A stretch of DNA of 64,000 nt, taken from NCBI GenBank assembly GCA_963733195.1, contig CAVTCR010000017.1, forward strand, positions 32,001 through 96,000, in the 5' to 3' direction. Under the pieces are notes generated by a model. The model was not told the DNA's origin. It searched no databases and saw only the letters and a list, made by a program, of their open reading frames with translations. The stretch comes from an uncultured delta proteobacterium (GTDB lineage Bacteria; Desulfobacterota; Binatia; Bin18). Within the stretch, counting starts at the first letter, position 1; each line of letters opens with the position of its first letter. A program made the position numbers and the translations under genes. Shown one piece after another: positions 49,014-59,518 of the stretch.

Positions 49014-51080
49014 TCAACCTTTGCCGAGAAATTTACAACCACGAAGAAAACTCCTCATCGTCTTTCGGACCGTCTGAGGAGCGTAAGAGAATGCGCGTCT
49101 TTGAAACGAGAAGCGTCGGACTCCCGCTGATTTATTTGGCAGATTCTTTATTCCGGTCCCTGCTGGTCCTGTGCGAAGGATGCGAGCAGCGTCATGGTGA
49201 CCATTACGGAGTGCAAGGGTTAATGCTGTTCCTCCTGCAGAATTTTTTGTATCTGTTTGTGCGCCGTTACGCACGAGAGACCACACTATTTTCGTGTGAC
49301 CGTTCCAAGCCGCGTACATGAGCGCAGTCCAGCCTTCGGCGTTCTGTGCATTTATGGAGGCACCGTTGTTGAGCAGGGTCCGAAGAATAGTGCTACGCCC
49401 TGCAAGAGCTGCAAGCATTAGCGCGGTTCGGCCGGAGGCGTTTTGTTCGTTCACATCCGCTCCATTCTTGAGCAATTCCTGCACCTCAGTCGTATGTCCG
49501 TGCATCACAGCCAATACCAGTGGCGTTGAGCCTTTTTCATCGTTCGTCGTCCTCGTTCTTTGCATTTCCATCTGTCTTTTCACCCCTTGAGGAGTCGCAG
49601 ATGTTGTAGGTGCGAGAAGTACCTGAGAATTGACAGACAATGATTTCCTTGCCCCTTTTTCTTGGAGTTGTTGTCCCTGAGCGCGCTTTTCTCCAGGCGG
49701 AAGACTACGAGCGATCTTTTCCGCTCGGGCAGACGGTTCGCTGGCGGAGGGATCCCTTTGTGGGTCAGCATTTTTCTTTTCTCGCTCAACGTCCGCCACC
49801 ACTGGAGAACTGTGGGCAGTCGTAATAGTAACTTGGCGAGTTGTTAGCCTGGCGAGATCTGTAGCGGATTGTTTATTAGTTTGCTCAGGAGGGGAAGGAA
49901 GTTTTTGCTGAGAGGTAATACTCGTAGGCAGTTGGAGGGGAGTAGGGGGGGGAGGTGGTAGTACCGCTTTTGCTGACACAGGGTCCGAAAGTGGTTGGTG
50001 TTTAGCATCGGGCTTGAGTGCTACGGGCAACGGCAGTTGAAAAGAGAGCAAAAAAAGGAGAAAACCACCGACACAGAGCCCAGCTCCGGTGGTCAGTTGA
50101 CGTCGTGCCTGAGGGAAGAAGTCAGAGCCCTGCACCTTTGGGTTCTCTCTTCGCCGGCGTGGGAGAGTGTCGAAGACCGAGGGCCGCGGTACCGACAGTT
50201 CGGGAATCGTTCCTACGTGTGAGTACTCCGATCGGTTCGATACTGTCGGAATTTCGTGCTCGGGCTCGCTTGCTGGGGGTAACTGCAGGTCTCTTGCGGC
50301 TTCCTCAATAATCTCCTTCGTCACTGTATTTTTCGCTTCTGTATACGCGATCAGAAGTGCGTTGTCACAGATAGTGTTAATATAACGAGGAACGCCTTGT
50401 GAATACTCGGCAATAGCTTGCACAACCTCCGGTGGAAAGAGGTCGTGCTGGTCGCACCCAGCGGTACACAAGCGATGCCGAATGAATAGCCCAACCTCGC
50501 TTTTATTCAACTGGTCAAGTTGGCATGAGACCGCAATCGTTTGTTTGAGAACGGCCACTGCAGGGTGATTGAGGTTGTCTTCAAGCTCTGATTGCCCTAC
50601 CAGGACAATCGATAGCAGCGCTTCGTCTTCGACTGCGAAGTTTGCGAGCTGCGCAAGTGCCGCTAATACAGACGGCCGTAAATTGTGTGCTTCGTCAATA
50701 AACAAGGCAAAATACTGACTGCGTTGCCGTTGAGTGACGAGGAAGTGATACAGCGCCTCGAGTTGCCGGGACTGGCCATGTGGTTTATGCGGAAGGGCAA
50801 GATCATCGCAGACACAATCCAATAGATCCTCAAAGAGCAACGTGGTATAGGGACAAAGAATAAAACTAACTGTGCGTTCTAAATCCGTCATGAGTCGACG
50901 GAGGATAGTCGTTTTTCCCGTGCCGGCTTCGCCTGTGAGCACGACGACCCCTTTCCGTTCGTCGATACCGCGGCGCAGAGTGGCGTAGGTGTGTTGATAG
51001 AAAAGGTTGGAGTAGAAAATTCGCGGGTCTGGCGTGACGTTGAACGGACCTTCACGGAAGCCGAAGAATTTGTTGTACAT
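49014..51080 (-). CDS. ExeA/GspA-like AAA ATPase + TM + C-terminal ankyrin repeats (copy 1)
   Basis: YNKFFGFREGPFNVTPDP, GEAGTGKTT, IDEAHNL, LVGQSEL, GVPRYINTICDNALL; G.T(P/A)L..A...G ankyrin repeats (about 4). Confidence 0.9.
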   Translation of the reverse strand: MYNKFFGFREGPFNVTPDPRIFYSNLFYQHTYATLRRGIDERKGVVVLTGEAGTGKTTILRRLMTDLERTVSFILCPYTTLLFEDLLDCVCDDLALPHKPHGQSRQLEALYHFLVTQRQRSQYFALFIDEAHNLRPSVLAALAQLANFAVEDEALLSIVLVGQSELEDNLNHPAVAVLKQTIAVSCQLDQLNKSEVGLFIRHRLCTAGCDQHDLFPPEVVQAIAEYSQGVPRYINTICDNALLIAYTEAKNTVTKEIIEEAARDLQLPPASEPEHEIPTVSNRSEYSHVGTIPELSVPRPSVFDTLPRRRRENPKVQGSDFFPQARRQLTTGAGLCVGGFLLFLLSFQLPLPVALKPDAKHQPLSDPVSAKAVLPPPPPTPLQLPTSITSQQKLPSPPEQTNKQSATDLARLTTRQVTITTAHSSPVVADVEREKKNADPQRDPSASEPSARAEKIARSLPPGEKRAQGQQLQEKGARKSLSVNSQVLLAPTTSATPQGVKRQMEMQRTRTTNDEKGSTPLVLAVMHGHTTEVQELLKNGADVNEQNASGRTALMLAALAGRSTILRTLLNNGASINAQNAEGWTALMYAAWNGHTKIVWSLVRNGAQTDTKNSAGGTALTLALRNGHHDAARILRTGPAGTGIKNLPNKSAGVRRFSFQRRAFSYAPQTVRKTMRSFLRGCKFLGKG

Positions 51081-51573
51081 AATACTCCTCTTGTACAAGC
51101 AACGGATGGTTTTGCATCATTTTTAACAGAGCCAAATTTCTAGAGAGCTATGAATTCGAGTTGTCCAGCAATCCTAGTGAGAAAAAATGATGCAAGATTA
51201 ACCGCCGTGTGTATTGAAGCCAGTGAGAAGCAAAAAAACTTTTCACTACGGTGTGAACATGCTTATCACACTGCTTCCGTCGTGTTCCCCCCACATCATC
51301 CAACCCTTATGTTCAACCTCATAATACGGTCAATAACAGAACAGGCCTACAGTTTCATGACGGCTTCTTTAAAAGAAAGGTCTTGCTATTTTACCTGAGA
51401 CTGATCGCCCAATCCAGAGCTTTACGGAGAGAAAATGAGAAAGTACCCTGCGTCCGTTGACGAGGCGCGAAGGGTTTGTGAAGAAAACCTCAAGTGGGGC
51501 AGGCGAAGATTTATGAAGAGAAAGAAGAAAGACAGGAAAGAGAAATAAGGGCGATCAGTAACAGAACCGATCT

Positions 51574-53535
51574 TTAGTTGAACATGGTTCCTCCAGCTTT
51601 TCCGTCTTGTAAGGCGCGTGCAGTTTCTTTATGTCCTCTTGCGGTTGCATACATGAGGGCCGTTCGTCCGTCGGTATTCATTAAGTCTACTTCTGCTCCA
51701 CTGCTTAACAGGATCTGCACGGTTGTCGTATGGCCATTTCTCGCCGCGTACATGAGGGCTGTCCATCCTTTGGTATCCTGGACATTCACTTTTGCCCCTC
51801 TCTCAAGGAGAAGTTGGAGGATCTCATTTTGGCCTTGAATCGCTGCCATCATGAGCGCTGTTCCCCCTGTGGGGTTGTTCAGGTTGACGTCCGCGCCTTT
51901 CTTGAGCAGCAGCTCTACCATGGGCGAATAGCCATGTAACGTTGCCGTCATCAAGGCTGTCCAGCCACTCTCATCGACGACGTCCGGGACAATCCCTGCA
52001 CTTAGAAGACGCTCTCCTTGTTCCACGTCTCCTTGTGAGGCTGCCTCAATAAGTAAGGATTCGTGAGCAGACGGAGAGTCGCTTGCCTGCGTTGATGGCA
52101 GTTGCTCTGGGAATTGCGAAGGTTTTTTCTCGGTCAATTCTTGGAGGGCAGTTTTTCCTTGGGAGTTAGTAATAACAGGTGGTGATATTGCAGATATTGC
52201 CGGAACCAGCGACGTTTTTCCCTCCTTCGTCTGAATGGGGTCTGCCTTGCGGTTTTTCTTTACTGAATCAGCTTCTTTTGCTGGAAGCCGTCCCTTGTCA
52301 GAGTCCGAGCGCACGGCCATAGCCCCGAGTTCATTGGGAACAAAAGTTCCTGCTCCATTATCGGAGATATTGGCCATGTGACCATCTTGTCCCGCGGGGG
52401 GGATCGATGGGACAAAAGGATCCTTGCCCCCCCCATAAGGAAAAAGAGTGAAAAACCACAAGGCGAAGGCGAGTCCAGTGCCAGCCAAGGCAAACCAGCG
52501 TGAGGAAGTTCTCCTTGGAGGGTGCCTTTTGCTGGTGTCGGTTCTGGTTACGGCGATGCGCCGCGGAGCGCTGCCTGTGTGCGTGTCGGCTGTAGTTGTT
52601 AAAGCGTTCACCGAGGGAACATGTAACTGGGGTGGTTCTGCTTCTTGAGAGGCTAGGGGAGGGATCTGAGCAGAGACCATTTCCTCCTTAGGGTGAACTA
52701 CCTGATTCTTTTGCAACACAGGGGACGTTTTTTGTAGGCCCAAATCCTGCGAAATCTCTTCGATCATTTCTGCCGAGATGGTTTTCTCGGAAATACTGTA
52801 ACCAAGGAGTAAGGCATTATTACAGAGAATGTTGATCAACCGCGGGACGCCCTGAGAGTGAAAGGCGATACGTTGTATTGCCTCCGGGGTGAAGATGTCG
52901 TCTCGCATACACTCGGCAGCCTGTAAACGGTACGCAATGAATGGACCGACGTCTCTTTCCTTGAGTCGGTCGAGTTGGCAATTCAAGGTCACACGTTGCT
53001 TGAGTTGATAGACAGCCGGTTGGGCAAGTTTCCTTTCAAGTTCAGGTTGGCCGACGAGAATAACAGGAAGTAGTGTTTTGCTCTCGGTCGTAAGATTTAA
53101 GAGGTGGCGAATTTCTTCTAAGACTGATTCTTGGAGATTTTGCGCTTCATCGATCAGGAGTGCCGCAGTGTGTCCTTGACCTTGCAGAGTAATAAGAAAC
53201 TCTTGAAGAGCCTTTAGCGTTTGGAGTTGCCCTTCCTGTCGAAGGGGGACTTCCAGGTCTTGGCAAAGGAAATTGAGCAGATCGTCGAATGGCAGTGTCG
53301 TATAAGTGAAGTAAGCAAAATGGACTGAGTCTTCGAGATCTCTCATGATCCGCCGCAACATCGTCGTCTTTCCTGTGCCCACTTCACCAATCATGACGGA
53401 CAAACTCTTGCCTTCACGAATACTATGAACGAGGTTGTTGTAGATTCTCTGATACGAAGGGGTTGCGTAAAAAACATGAGGATCAGGGGTTACGTTAAAA
53501 GGCTGCTCACGAAAGCCAAAGAAGTCGTTGTACAT
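51574..53535 (-). CDS. ExeA/GspA-like AAA ATPase + TM + C-terminal ankyrin repeats (copy 2)
   Basis: YNDFFGFREQPFNVTPDP, GEVGTGKTT, IDEAQNL, GVPRLINILCNNALL; GWTALM/GGTALM/GRTALM ankyrin repeats (about 5). Confidence 0.9.
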   Translation of the reverse strand: MYNDFFGFREQPFNVTPDPHVFYATPSYQRIYNNLVHSIREGKSLSVMIGEVGTGKTTMLRRIMRDLEDSVHFAYFTYTTLPFDDLLNFLCQDLEVPLRQEGQLQTLKALQEFLITLQGQGHTAALLIDEAQNLQESVLEEIRHLLNLTTESKTLLPVILVGQPELERKLAQPAVYQLKQRVTLNCQLDRLKERDVGPFIAYRLQAAECMRDDIFTPEAIQRIAFHSQGVPRLINILCNNALLLGYSISEKTISAEMIEEISQDLGLQKTSPVLQKNQVVHPKEEMVSAQIPPLASQEAEPPQLHVPSVNALTTTADTHTGSAPRRIAVTRTDTSKRHPPRRTSSRWFALAGTGLAFALWFFTLFPYGGGKDPFVPSIPPAGQDGHMANISDNGAGTFVPNELGAMAVRSDSDKGRLPAKEADSVKKNRKADPIQTKEGKTSLVPAISAISPPVITNSQGKTALQELTEKKPSQFPEQLPSTQASDSPSAHESLLIEAASQGDVEQGERLLSAGIVPDVVDESGWTALMTATLHGYSPMVELLLKKGADVNLNNPTGGTALMMAAIQGQNEILQLLLERGAKVNVQDTKGWTALMYAARNGHTTTVQILLSSGAEVDLMNTDGRTALMYATARGHKETARALQDGKAGGTMFN

Positions 53536-53837
53536 GACGATCCTCTCTAGGGAGGGAGACTGGATTTACTCGTAGAGGTTCTAGGTTCCGAATTTGCGAC
53601 GGACTGTCGTTGGTCCCACCGTTTGCGTTCTCATCGAGTACAGACGCTCGACACTCGTACAGCGTGTCTCTCTGGGAATTAATCTCTACATATAGTATCA
53701 TCATCGCTAGGTCCTTTCTAATATTAAATTGGGGACTAGGATAACTCTTGCGAGATGCACGAAATATGCTGAGATGGTGCTCGTGAGCTGATCGAAAGAG
53801 CGGCCGCCAGACACATTTCTAACGGCCGCTTGAGAAT

Positions 53838-53913
53838 TGGCTCCTCGGGCAGGACTCGAACCTGCGACCCGCCGGTTAACAGCCGGCTGCTCTACCAGCT
53901 GAGCTACCGAGGA
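53838..53913 (-). tRNA. tRNA-Asn (GTT)
   Basis: TCCTCGGTAGCTCAGCTGGTAGAGCAGCCGGCTGTTAACCGGCGGGTCGCAGGTTCGAGTCCTGCCCGAGGAGCCA cloverleaf with encoded CCA. Confidence 0.97.
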
Positions 53914-53933
53914 ACAGAAGAAAACGTAGGCGG

Positions 53934-53962
53934 GTTTTAGCAAAGGGGCGGAAGAGTGTAAA
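53934..53962 (-). promoter_or_regulatory. Putative sigma70 promoter for tRNA-Asn
   Basis: TTTACA-17 nt-TAAAAC followed by a GC-rich discriminator (CCGCC). Confidence 0.55.
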
Positions 53963-53991
53963 GCATATCCGCTGATCACAGAAACGAGACG

Positions 53992-54588
53992 CTACATTTC
54001 TCGTCGCCCTTCGATAGCGCGACCAAGCGTCACAGCATCAACATATTCAACATCTCCCCCCATAGGGATGCCGTGTGCGATGCGACTAACCCGAATGCCA
54101 AGCGGCTTAATGAGTTTTGCAAGATACAAAGCTGTGGCCTCTCCTTCGACAGTCGGGTTCGTTGCGATAATTACCTCTTGGGTTTGCCCACGACGAAGCC
54201 GCTCTATCAGTGGAGTAATTCTAAGTTGCTCTGGCCCTATGCCATCAAGGGGGGCGAGTACACCTTGCAAAACGTGATACCGACCGTGGTATTCCTGCGC
54301 CCGCTCTACTGCCATTTGGTCAGCAGGTTCTTCGACGACGCAAATCGATTCATCACTCCGTTTTGGGTCACTACAAACAGGACATAGTTCTCCTTCGGCG
54401 AGGCTGAAGCATTGCTGACAGTAGGTGGTTTCTGCTTTTACTGCCCAGATCGCTTCGGATAAATTCTCTGCGTACTCCCGACCTGCTCCTAAAATGAAAA
54501 GTGCTAAACGAGTCGCGGTCTTTTCGCCGATGCCTGGGAGTTTTCCCAGTTCTTGTACGAGGCGAGCGAGCGCGGGAGTGAGCTGCAT
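53992..54588 (-). CDS. recR: Recombination mediator RecR
   Basis: LPGIGEKTATRLA, C4 zinc finger, ICVVEEPAD, IIATNPTVEGEATA. Confidence 0.97.
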   Translation of the reverse strand: MQLTPALARLVQELGKLPGIGEKTATRLALFILGAGREYAENLSEAIWAVKAETTYCQQCFSLAEGELCPVCSDPKRSDESICVVEEPADQMAVERAQEYHGRYHVLQGVLAPLDGIGPEQLRITPLIERLRRGQTQEVIIATNPTVEGEATALYLAKLIKPLGIRVSRIAHGIPMGGDVEYVDAVTLGRAIEGRREM

Positions 54589-54625
54589 GGTGCCCTTCGT
54601 ACCACAAACGAAAGGACAGACCTAT

Positions 54626-54940
54626 TTAGGCTGTCAGTCCGGGGATCTTGAGGCCGCCGGTCACTTTTGCCATCTCATCCGCCATAAGCTTCTGGGCTTT
54701 GCGTAGCCCTTCATTGACTGCGGCGATGACGAGATCTTGGAGCATCTCTGAGTCACCAGATGTGATTACCGTCGGATCAATCCGAAGCGAGACAATTTCG
54801 AGACGACCACTGACGACGGCTGTTACCATGTTTCCACCGGCAGATGCTTCTACAGTTCTGTTGGCTGCATCCTCTTGGGCGCGGGTCAGTTTGGCCTGTA
54901 GCTGTTGGGCCTGCTTCATCAAGTCTCCCATGTTTGCCAT
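54626..54940 (-). CDS. ybaB: YbaB/EbfC nucleoid-associated protein
   Basis: LMKQAQQLQ, ASAGGNMV, EMLQDLVIAAVNE; lies between dnaX and recR. Confidence 0.95.
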   Translation of the reverse strand: MANMGDLMKQAQQLQAKLTRAQEDAANRTVEASAGGNMVTAVVSGRLEIVSLRIDPTVITSGDSEMLQDLVIAAVNEGLRKAQKLMADEMAKVTGGLKIPGLTA

Positions 54941-54949
54941 ATGTGCTCC

Positions 54950-56749
54950 TTATCGTGACGGATCGTTGGATAAGCGATGCGAGCGTGTTGTTTGTACTTC
55001 TCCTCCCAGAACGTCGAGGACGGTTTTGACGAGGGGATCATCTCCCACTGGAGGGGTATGAGGAGCCGGGATCTGTTCTGTTGCTGTTGTTGATGCAGAG
55101 GGTAAGCGTGGCGACGAGGATGGTGGTAATGCTCCTCCTTTTATCAATTCTATGGTCAGAGGGCGGCCAAAGGCCCGCTTGGCCGCAGTCTCGAGAAGTG
55201 TCACATTTTCCTTACGGGAGAGCTCCTTAAAATATGGATCTTTCTCTAATCCGATATGGAGGCTGGTCGGGGTGATGTCGAGAAGGCGGCCAGATTTCAG
55301 TGCAAAAAATACTGAAATCTTCTCTTTCTGCACAGCCGCCAGAAATTTATCCCACGCCTGTTGCTGGTCAGTGCCAACGACGGAATCCTCTTTTACGCGA
55401 GGAGTATCTTCCTCTTGCTGAACGAGAGAGGGAGTAGCGCGCGAGAGTGGAGGCTCTTCACGACGTGGACTCGCAGCGGAACGAAGAGTAGGTGGCCCCT
55501 CTTTGGAAAGTGATGCAGATGGACGAAGTGCGGAGACTGAAGTAACAGACGGCGAAAGAGACGGGCCCGGCTGGCTTGTTGGTAGCGAAGGCGGAATCTG
55601 ACCACTCAGACTTTGGGCCACAGTTTCCAAGCGAGCCAAGGCTTCATCAATCGGCAATACTGCTGGCTGGCTTGCCAATTTGACCAGTGTCATTTCGACG
55701 ACCAGCTGTGCATAGGCAGTCTTACTGACGTCTTCTTCTGCTCGCAAGGCGATGGTAAAAAGTCGTTGAAAGTCTTCGAGCGATCGTCGGGAAGCTTGCC
55801 CCTGGACCTCGGTGATCTCGTGATCTGGTAAATCTGTAAGCGGGGCGAGTTCTGGGTTGACTTTAACCAGGACGAGATTACGAAAGTGTTCAAGTAAATC
55901 ATGGCAAAGACGACGTGGGTCGTAGCCATGCTGATACAAATCTCCGGCTAAGCGCAGTGCTGCGGCTGGGTCCTGCGCTAACACAACTTCGGCGAGGCGG
56001 AATAACGCTTGTCGATCGGCGACGCCAAGCGCTTCCTGCACTGTTTGTTCGTTAATCGTTCCACTACTCCAGGCCACCACTTGATCAAGCAGAGACTCGG
56101 CATCGCGCAAACTGCCATCGGCTTCGCGAGCGAGCAGCGCGAGTCCACGATCATCCGCTGTCAGGCTTTCGCGTTCGGCAATCGTACGCAACTTGTGGAT
56201 CAGCTCACGTAGCGGAATGCGCTTAAAGTCGTACCGTTGGCAGCGTGACGAAATCGTCGCCAGGATCTTATGCGATTCCGTCGTAGCAAAAATAAACTTT
56301 ACATGCAGCGGTGGTTCTTCAAGTGTTTTGAGCAGTGCGTTGAACGCGGCATTCGACAGCATGTGGACTTCATCAATAATGACAACTCGAAAGCGACTCT
56401 TGATAGGACGGTATTGAATACCCTCGGTGAGGTCGCGGATGTTATCAACCCCGGTATGCGATGCACCGTCGATCTCTAAAACATCAAGTGCCGTCCCAGC
56501 GGTAATCTCTGTGCAATTACTACAGGCGTTACACGGTTCTGCGGTTGGGCCTTTTTCACAGTTGAGGGCTTTTGCCAACAACCGGGCAATTGTGGTTTTT
56601 CCTACTCCGCGGGGGCCAGTGAACAAGAACGCGTGTGCAACACGTCCACTCGTAATCGCATTGCGTAGAGTGCGGGTCACGTGTTCTTGACCCACAACTT
56701 CGTCGAAGGTTTGCGGTCGCCACTTACGCGCAAGAACAAGATAGCTCAT
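54950..56749 (-). CDS. dnaX: DNA polymerase III subunit gamma/tau
   Basis: SYLVLARKWRPQTF, GPRGVGKTT, IIDEVHML, NALLKTLEEPP, SRCQ. Confidence 0.97.
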   Translation of the reverse strand: MSYLVLARKWRPQTFDEVVGQEHVTRTLRNAITSGRVAHAFLFTGPRGVGKTTIARLLAKALNCEKGPTAEPCNACSNCTEITAGTALDVLEIDGASHTGVDNIRDLTEGIQYRPIKSRFRVVIIDEVHMLSNAAFNALLKTLEEPPLHVKFIFATTESHKILATISSRCQRYDFKRIPLRELIHKLRTIAERESLTADDRGLALLAREADGSLRDAESLLDQVVAWSSGTINEQTVQEALGVADRQALFRLAEVVLAQDPAAALRLAGDLYQHGYDPRRLCHDLLEHFRNLVLVKVNPELAPLTDLPDHEITEVQGQASRRSLEDFQRLFTIALRAEEDVSKTAYAQLVVEMTLVKLASQPAVLPIDEALARLETVAQSLSGQIPPSLPTSQPGPSLSPSVTSVSALRPSASLSKEGPPTLRSAASPRREEPPLSRATPSLVQQEEDTPRVKEDSVVGTDQQQAWDKFLAAVQKEKISVFFALKSGRLLDITPTSLHIGLEKDPYFKELSRKENVTLLETAAKRAFGRPLTIELIKGGALPPSSSPRLPSASTTATEQIPAPHTPPVGDDPLVKTVLDVLGGEVQTTRSHRLSNDPSR

Positions 56750-56840
56750 GGCAAAAAACGTAATTCGTGAAACGTAAAGCGTAATTGCTGGAGGCGAAGT
56801 CGTTATTCTTTACGCTGTACGTTTTTAAACATGCCGCCAC

Positions 56841-56949
56841 TGGTGATAGCTAGGCTTCCCTGCGGCACAGGGTTAGAATCGGTACCGTTGCTTCCTTCCG
56901 GACCTGGCGGGGTTCCCGACCTCCCTTGCGCAGGACCTAGCTATCACCA
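56841..56949 (-). ncRNA. ffs: Signal recognition particle RNA (4.5S)
   Basis: CCAGGTCCGGAAGGAAGCAACGG domain IV inside a long hairpin closed by TGGTGATAGCTAGG/CCTAGCTATCACCA; upstream of dnaX. Confidence 0.93.
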
Positions 56950-56953
56950 CTGA

Positions 56954-57038
56954 CGGAGAGGGAGGGATTCGAACCCTCGGTACCTTGCGGTACACACGAT
57001 TTCCAGTCGTGCCCAATCGGCCACTCTGGCACCTCTCC
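56954..57038 (-). tRNA. tRNA-Ser (GGA)
   Basis: GGAGAGG...CACGACTGGAAATCGTG anticodon arm, long variable arm, GGTTCGAATCC; CCA not encoded (TCA follows). Confidence 0.95.
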
Positions 57039-57324
57039 TCACCGGCGTTCTCAAGCCGAGAGACAGCCAGATCCCATCTCTTATTAGAGGATTCGTGAGG
57101 TTGTAACACCTCCCCTGTGCTCTCGCAAGGCAGGAAATGGGTTATGGTAGTGAGTTCCGAGTAACGAGTAAGCATAGAGCGTGAGATTTTCTCCTCATCA
57201 TTCAGTTCTCATTATTCATTACTAAAACATAGGGTCGTTGACAGTGCTGCCTCGCCTCTGTTAGCGATGCTGGGAACCTTGATTTTCCCTACACATCTGG
57301 CATAAAGGGGCCGGTCTTTATCCC

Positions 57325-57678
57325 ATGGCACAATACATTCCTGTCGTCATTGCTCTTCTGGTGTGCGGTGCGGTCGCAACACTGATGACTTTCGCAAGCA
57401 CATTGCTTGGCGCTTCAAAACATACGCCAGTGAAAGATGAACCTTTTGAGTGCGGCAATCCGTCCAGCGGCTCTGCCTGGGGGCGGTTTTCGGTGAAATT
57501 CTATCTCGCGGCAATTCTGTTCATCATCTTCGATATCGAGGTTGTCTTCATGTACCCGTGGGCAGTGGTGTTTAAGCAACTCGGGATGTTCGGATTCATA
57601 GAAATGCTGGTATTCGTGCTGATTCTCTCGGTCGGGTTGATCTACATCATCAAGAAAGGGGCGCTTGAGGCAGCGTAG
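57325..57678 (+). CDS. nuoA: NADH-quinone oxidoreductase subunit A
   Basis: PFECG, RFSVKFYLAAILFIIFDIEVVFMYPWAV. Confidence 0.96.
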   Translation: MAQYIPVVIALLVCGAVATLMTFASTLLGASKHTPVKDEPFECGNPSSGSAWGRFSVKFYLAAILFIIFDIEVVFMYPWAVVFKQLGMFGFIEMLVFVLILSVGLIYIIKKGALEAA

Positions 57679-57699
57679 CCTCAGCCCAATACCAGCGAA

Positions 57700-58211
57700 A
57701 TGCCTGATACGGGACTTCTGAGCAAAATCGAAGCAGCATTTCCCGGTAAGATTTTAGAACACCATTCTCTATATGGGTACGACGTCATCGTACTCAATCG
57801 GGACGATGCTTTCGCTATCTTTGCAACGCTACGAGACCACCCTGAGTTTGCATTTAACCTGCTCTCCGACCTCACTGCGACTGACTTTCTCGGACAAGAG
57901 CCTCGCTTCGAGTTAGTGTACCAATTGTACTCTATTCTCCTCAATCAGCGTCTGCAAGTGAAGATCCGCGTGCCAGAAGATGCGGCATGGGCACACAAGT
58001 GTAGCTTCCTTATGGAAAGGTGGCAATTGGCTGGAACGGGAAGTATGGGACATGTTTGGGATCAAGTTTCACTGATCATCCCGACCTGCGGCGTATTTTG
58101 ATGTACGAAGAATTCAAAGGTCATCCGTTACGCAAAGATTACCCGGTCAATAAGCGGCAACCACTGGTTGAAGAGCGAGACCCGATTACTAACCCCTGGC
58201 CAAAAAGGTAA
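57700..58211 (+). CDS. nuoC: NADH-quinone oxidoreductase subunit C (frameshifted)
   Basis: [44 protein letters not shown] across frames. Confidence 0.9.
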
Positions 58212-58216
58212 GTGGC

Positions 58217-59429
58217 ATGACAGACGCGGCGAATCAGCTTGTCGAAATGGAACTAGACCCTACCTCCGAGATCATGTCCCTACAAATGGGTCCCTCGCAT
58301 CCGGCCACTCACGGCACGATTAAGCTTTGGCTCAAGCTTGATGGTGAGAAGATTGTCAACTGTGAAGTCGAGATTGGATATCTCCATCGTGGTTTTGAGA
58401 AAATGTGCGAGCAGCGGACCTGGAACCATGTGGTGCCGTATGCCGACCGTTTGAACTACATTTCTCCGCTCATCAACAATGTTGGGTTTGCCTTAGCAGC
58501 AGAAAAGTTGCTCGATTTAGAGGTGCCCGAACGTTGCCAGTACATCCGCCTGATCATGAGTGAAATCTCGCGGATGACCGACCATTTCACCTGTCTTGGG
58601 ATGGCTGCTGCGGAAGCCGGTGCGCTCTCAGTGGCGTTTTATGCGCTAGAGGCGAGAGAAACGCTCTTCGACATCGTAACCGCGGTAACTGGAGCTCGGC
58701 TGACTGTGAGTTATACACGCGTTGGTGGCGTGACGCAGGACTTGCCCGAGGGATTTGCAGATCGGGTGCAAGGTGCGTTTACCGATATTCGCCAAGTGAT
58801 GAGTGACTGCGATAAGTTGCTGTCGAAAAACCGTATTTTCATTGAACGGATGTCCGGCGTTGGTGCCATTCCGGCGGATGATGTTGTCTCGTATGGAGTG
58901 ACTGGGCCGCTGCTGCGCGCCTGTGGTGTTGCCTATGATGTTCGCAAAGCGCAACCTTATCTGTTTTATGACCGGGTAGAGTTTGATGTTCCGACTGGAA
59001 CTCAGGGAGACAACTACGATCGTTTCAGTGTTCGATTTGAAGAAATTCGCCAAAGCATGCGAATTATCGAGCAGGCGCTTAAACAGATTCGCTCCGGGTC
59101 CGGTGCGCGTAGATGACCCACGGATTACCCTCCCGCAAAAGAAAGATGTATACGGCAACATTGAAGGATTGATGAACCACTTCAAGCTGGTCATTGAAGG
59201 CGTGCGCATCCCGAAAGGCGACATCTATCAGGCGGTAGAAGGGGCAAATGGTGAGTTAGGGTTCTACTTGGTGAGTGATGGTAGTGGACGTCCCTATCGG
59301 GTGCGGGTGCGGCCTCCGTGTTTCTTCGGGATGGCGGCCCTGGGGCAAATGCTGAAAGGCTGTTTAATTTCAGACATTATCACCACTTTCGGCATGATCA
59401 ACATGATCGGTGGGGAATGCGACCGTTGA
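58217..59429 (+). CDS. nuoD: NADH-quinone oxidoreductase subunit D (frameshift near 59100)
   Basis: MGPSHPATHG, IGYLHRGFEK, DRLNY, EGANGELGFY, PYRVRVRPP, GECDR. Confidence 0.93.
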
Positions 59430-59518
59430 ATTAATGAAGAATGAAGAATTAATAATGAAGAATGGCAAGAGAAACTTTTCATTTTTAATTCTTACATTCT
59501 TAATTTTTCATTAAACTT

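Noticed and set aside
49000-53913. Integrative element at tRNA-Asn carrying the ExeA-ankyrin pair
   Set aside because: No integrase nearby and no duplicated tRNA 3' end noticed by eye; adjacency alone is insufficient
53707-53979. 90-aa ORF
   Set aside because: It is a translation through the tRNA-Asn gene
54950-56749. Programmed frameshift site in dnaX
   Set aside because: No A AAA AAG-type slippery site or long A run noticed in the linker region
56954-57038. tRNA-Sec because of the long variable arm
   Set aside because: Anticodon is GGA with a standard 7-bp acceptor stem, so tRNA-Ser
56873-57175. 100-aa ORF
   Set aside because: It overlaps tRNA-Ser and the SRP RNA
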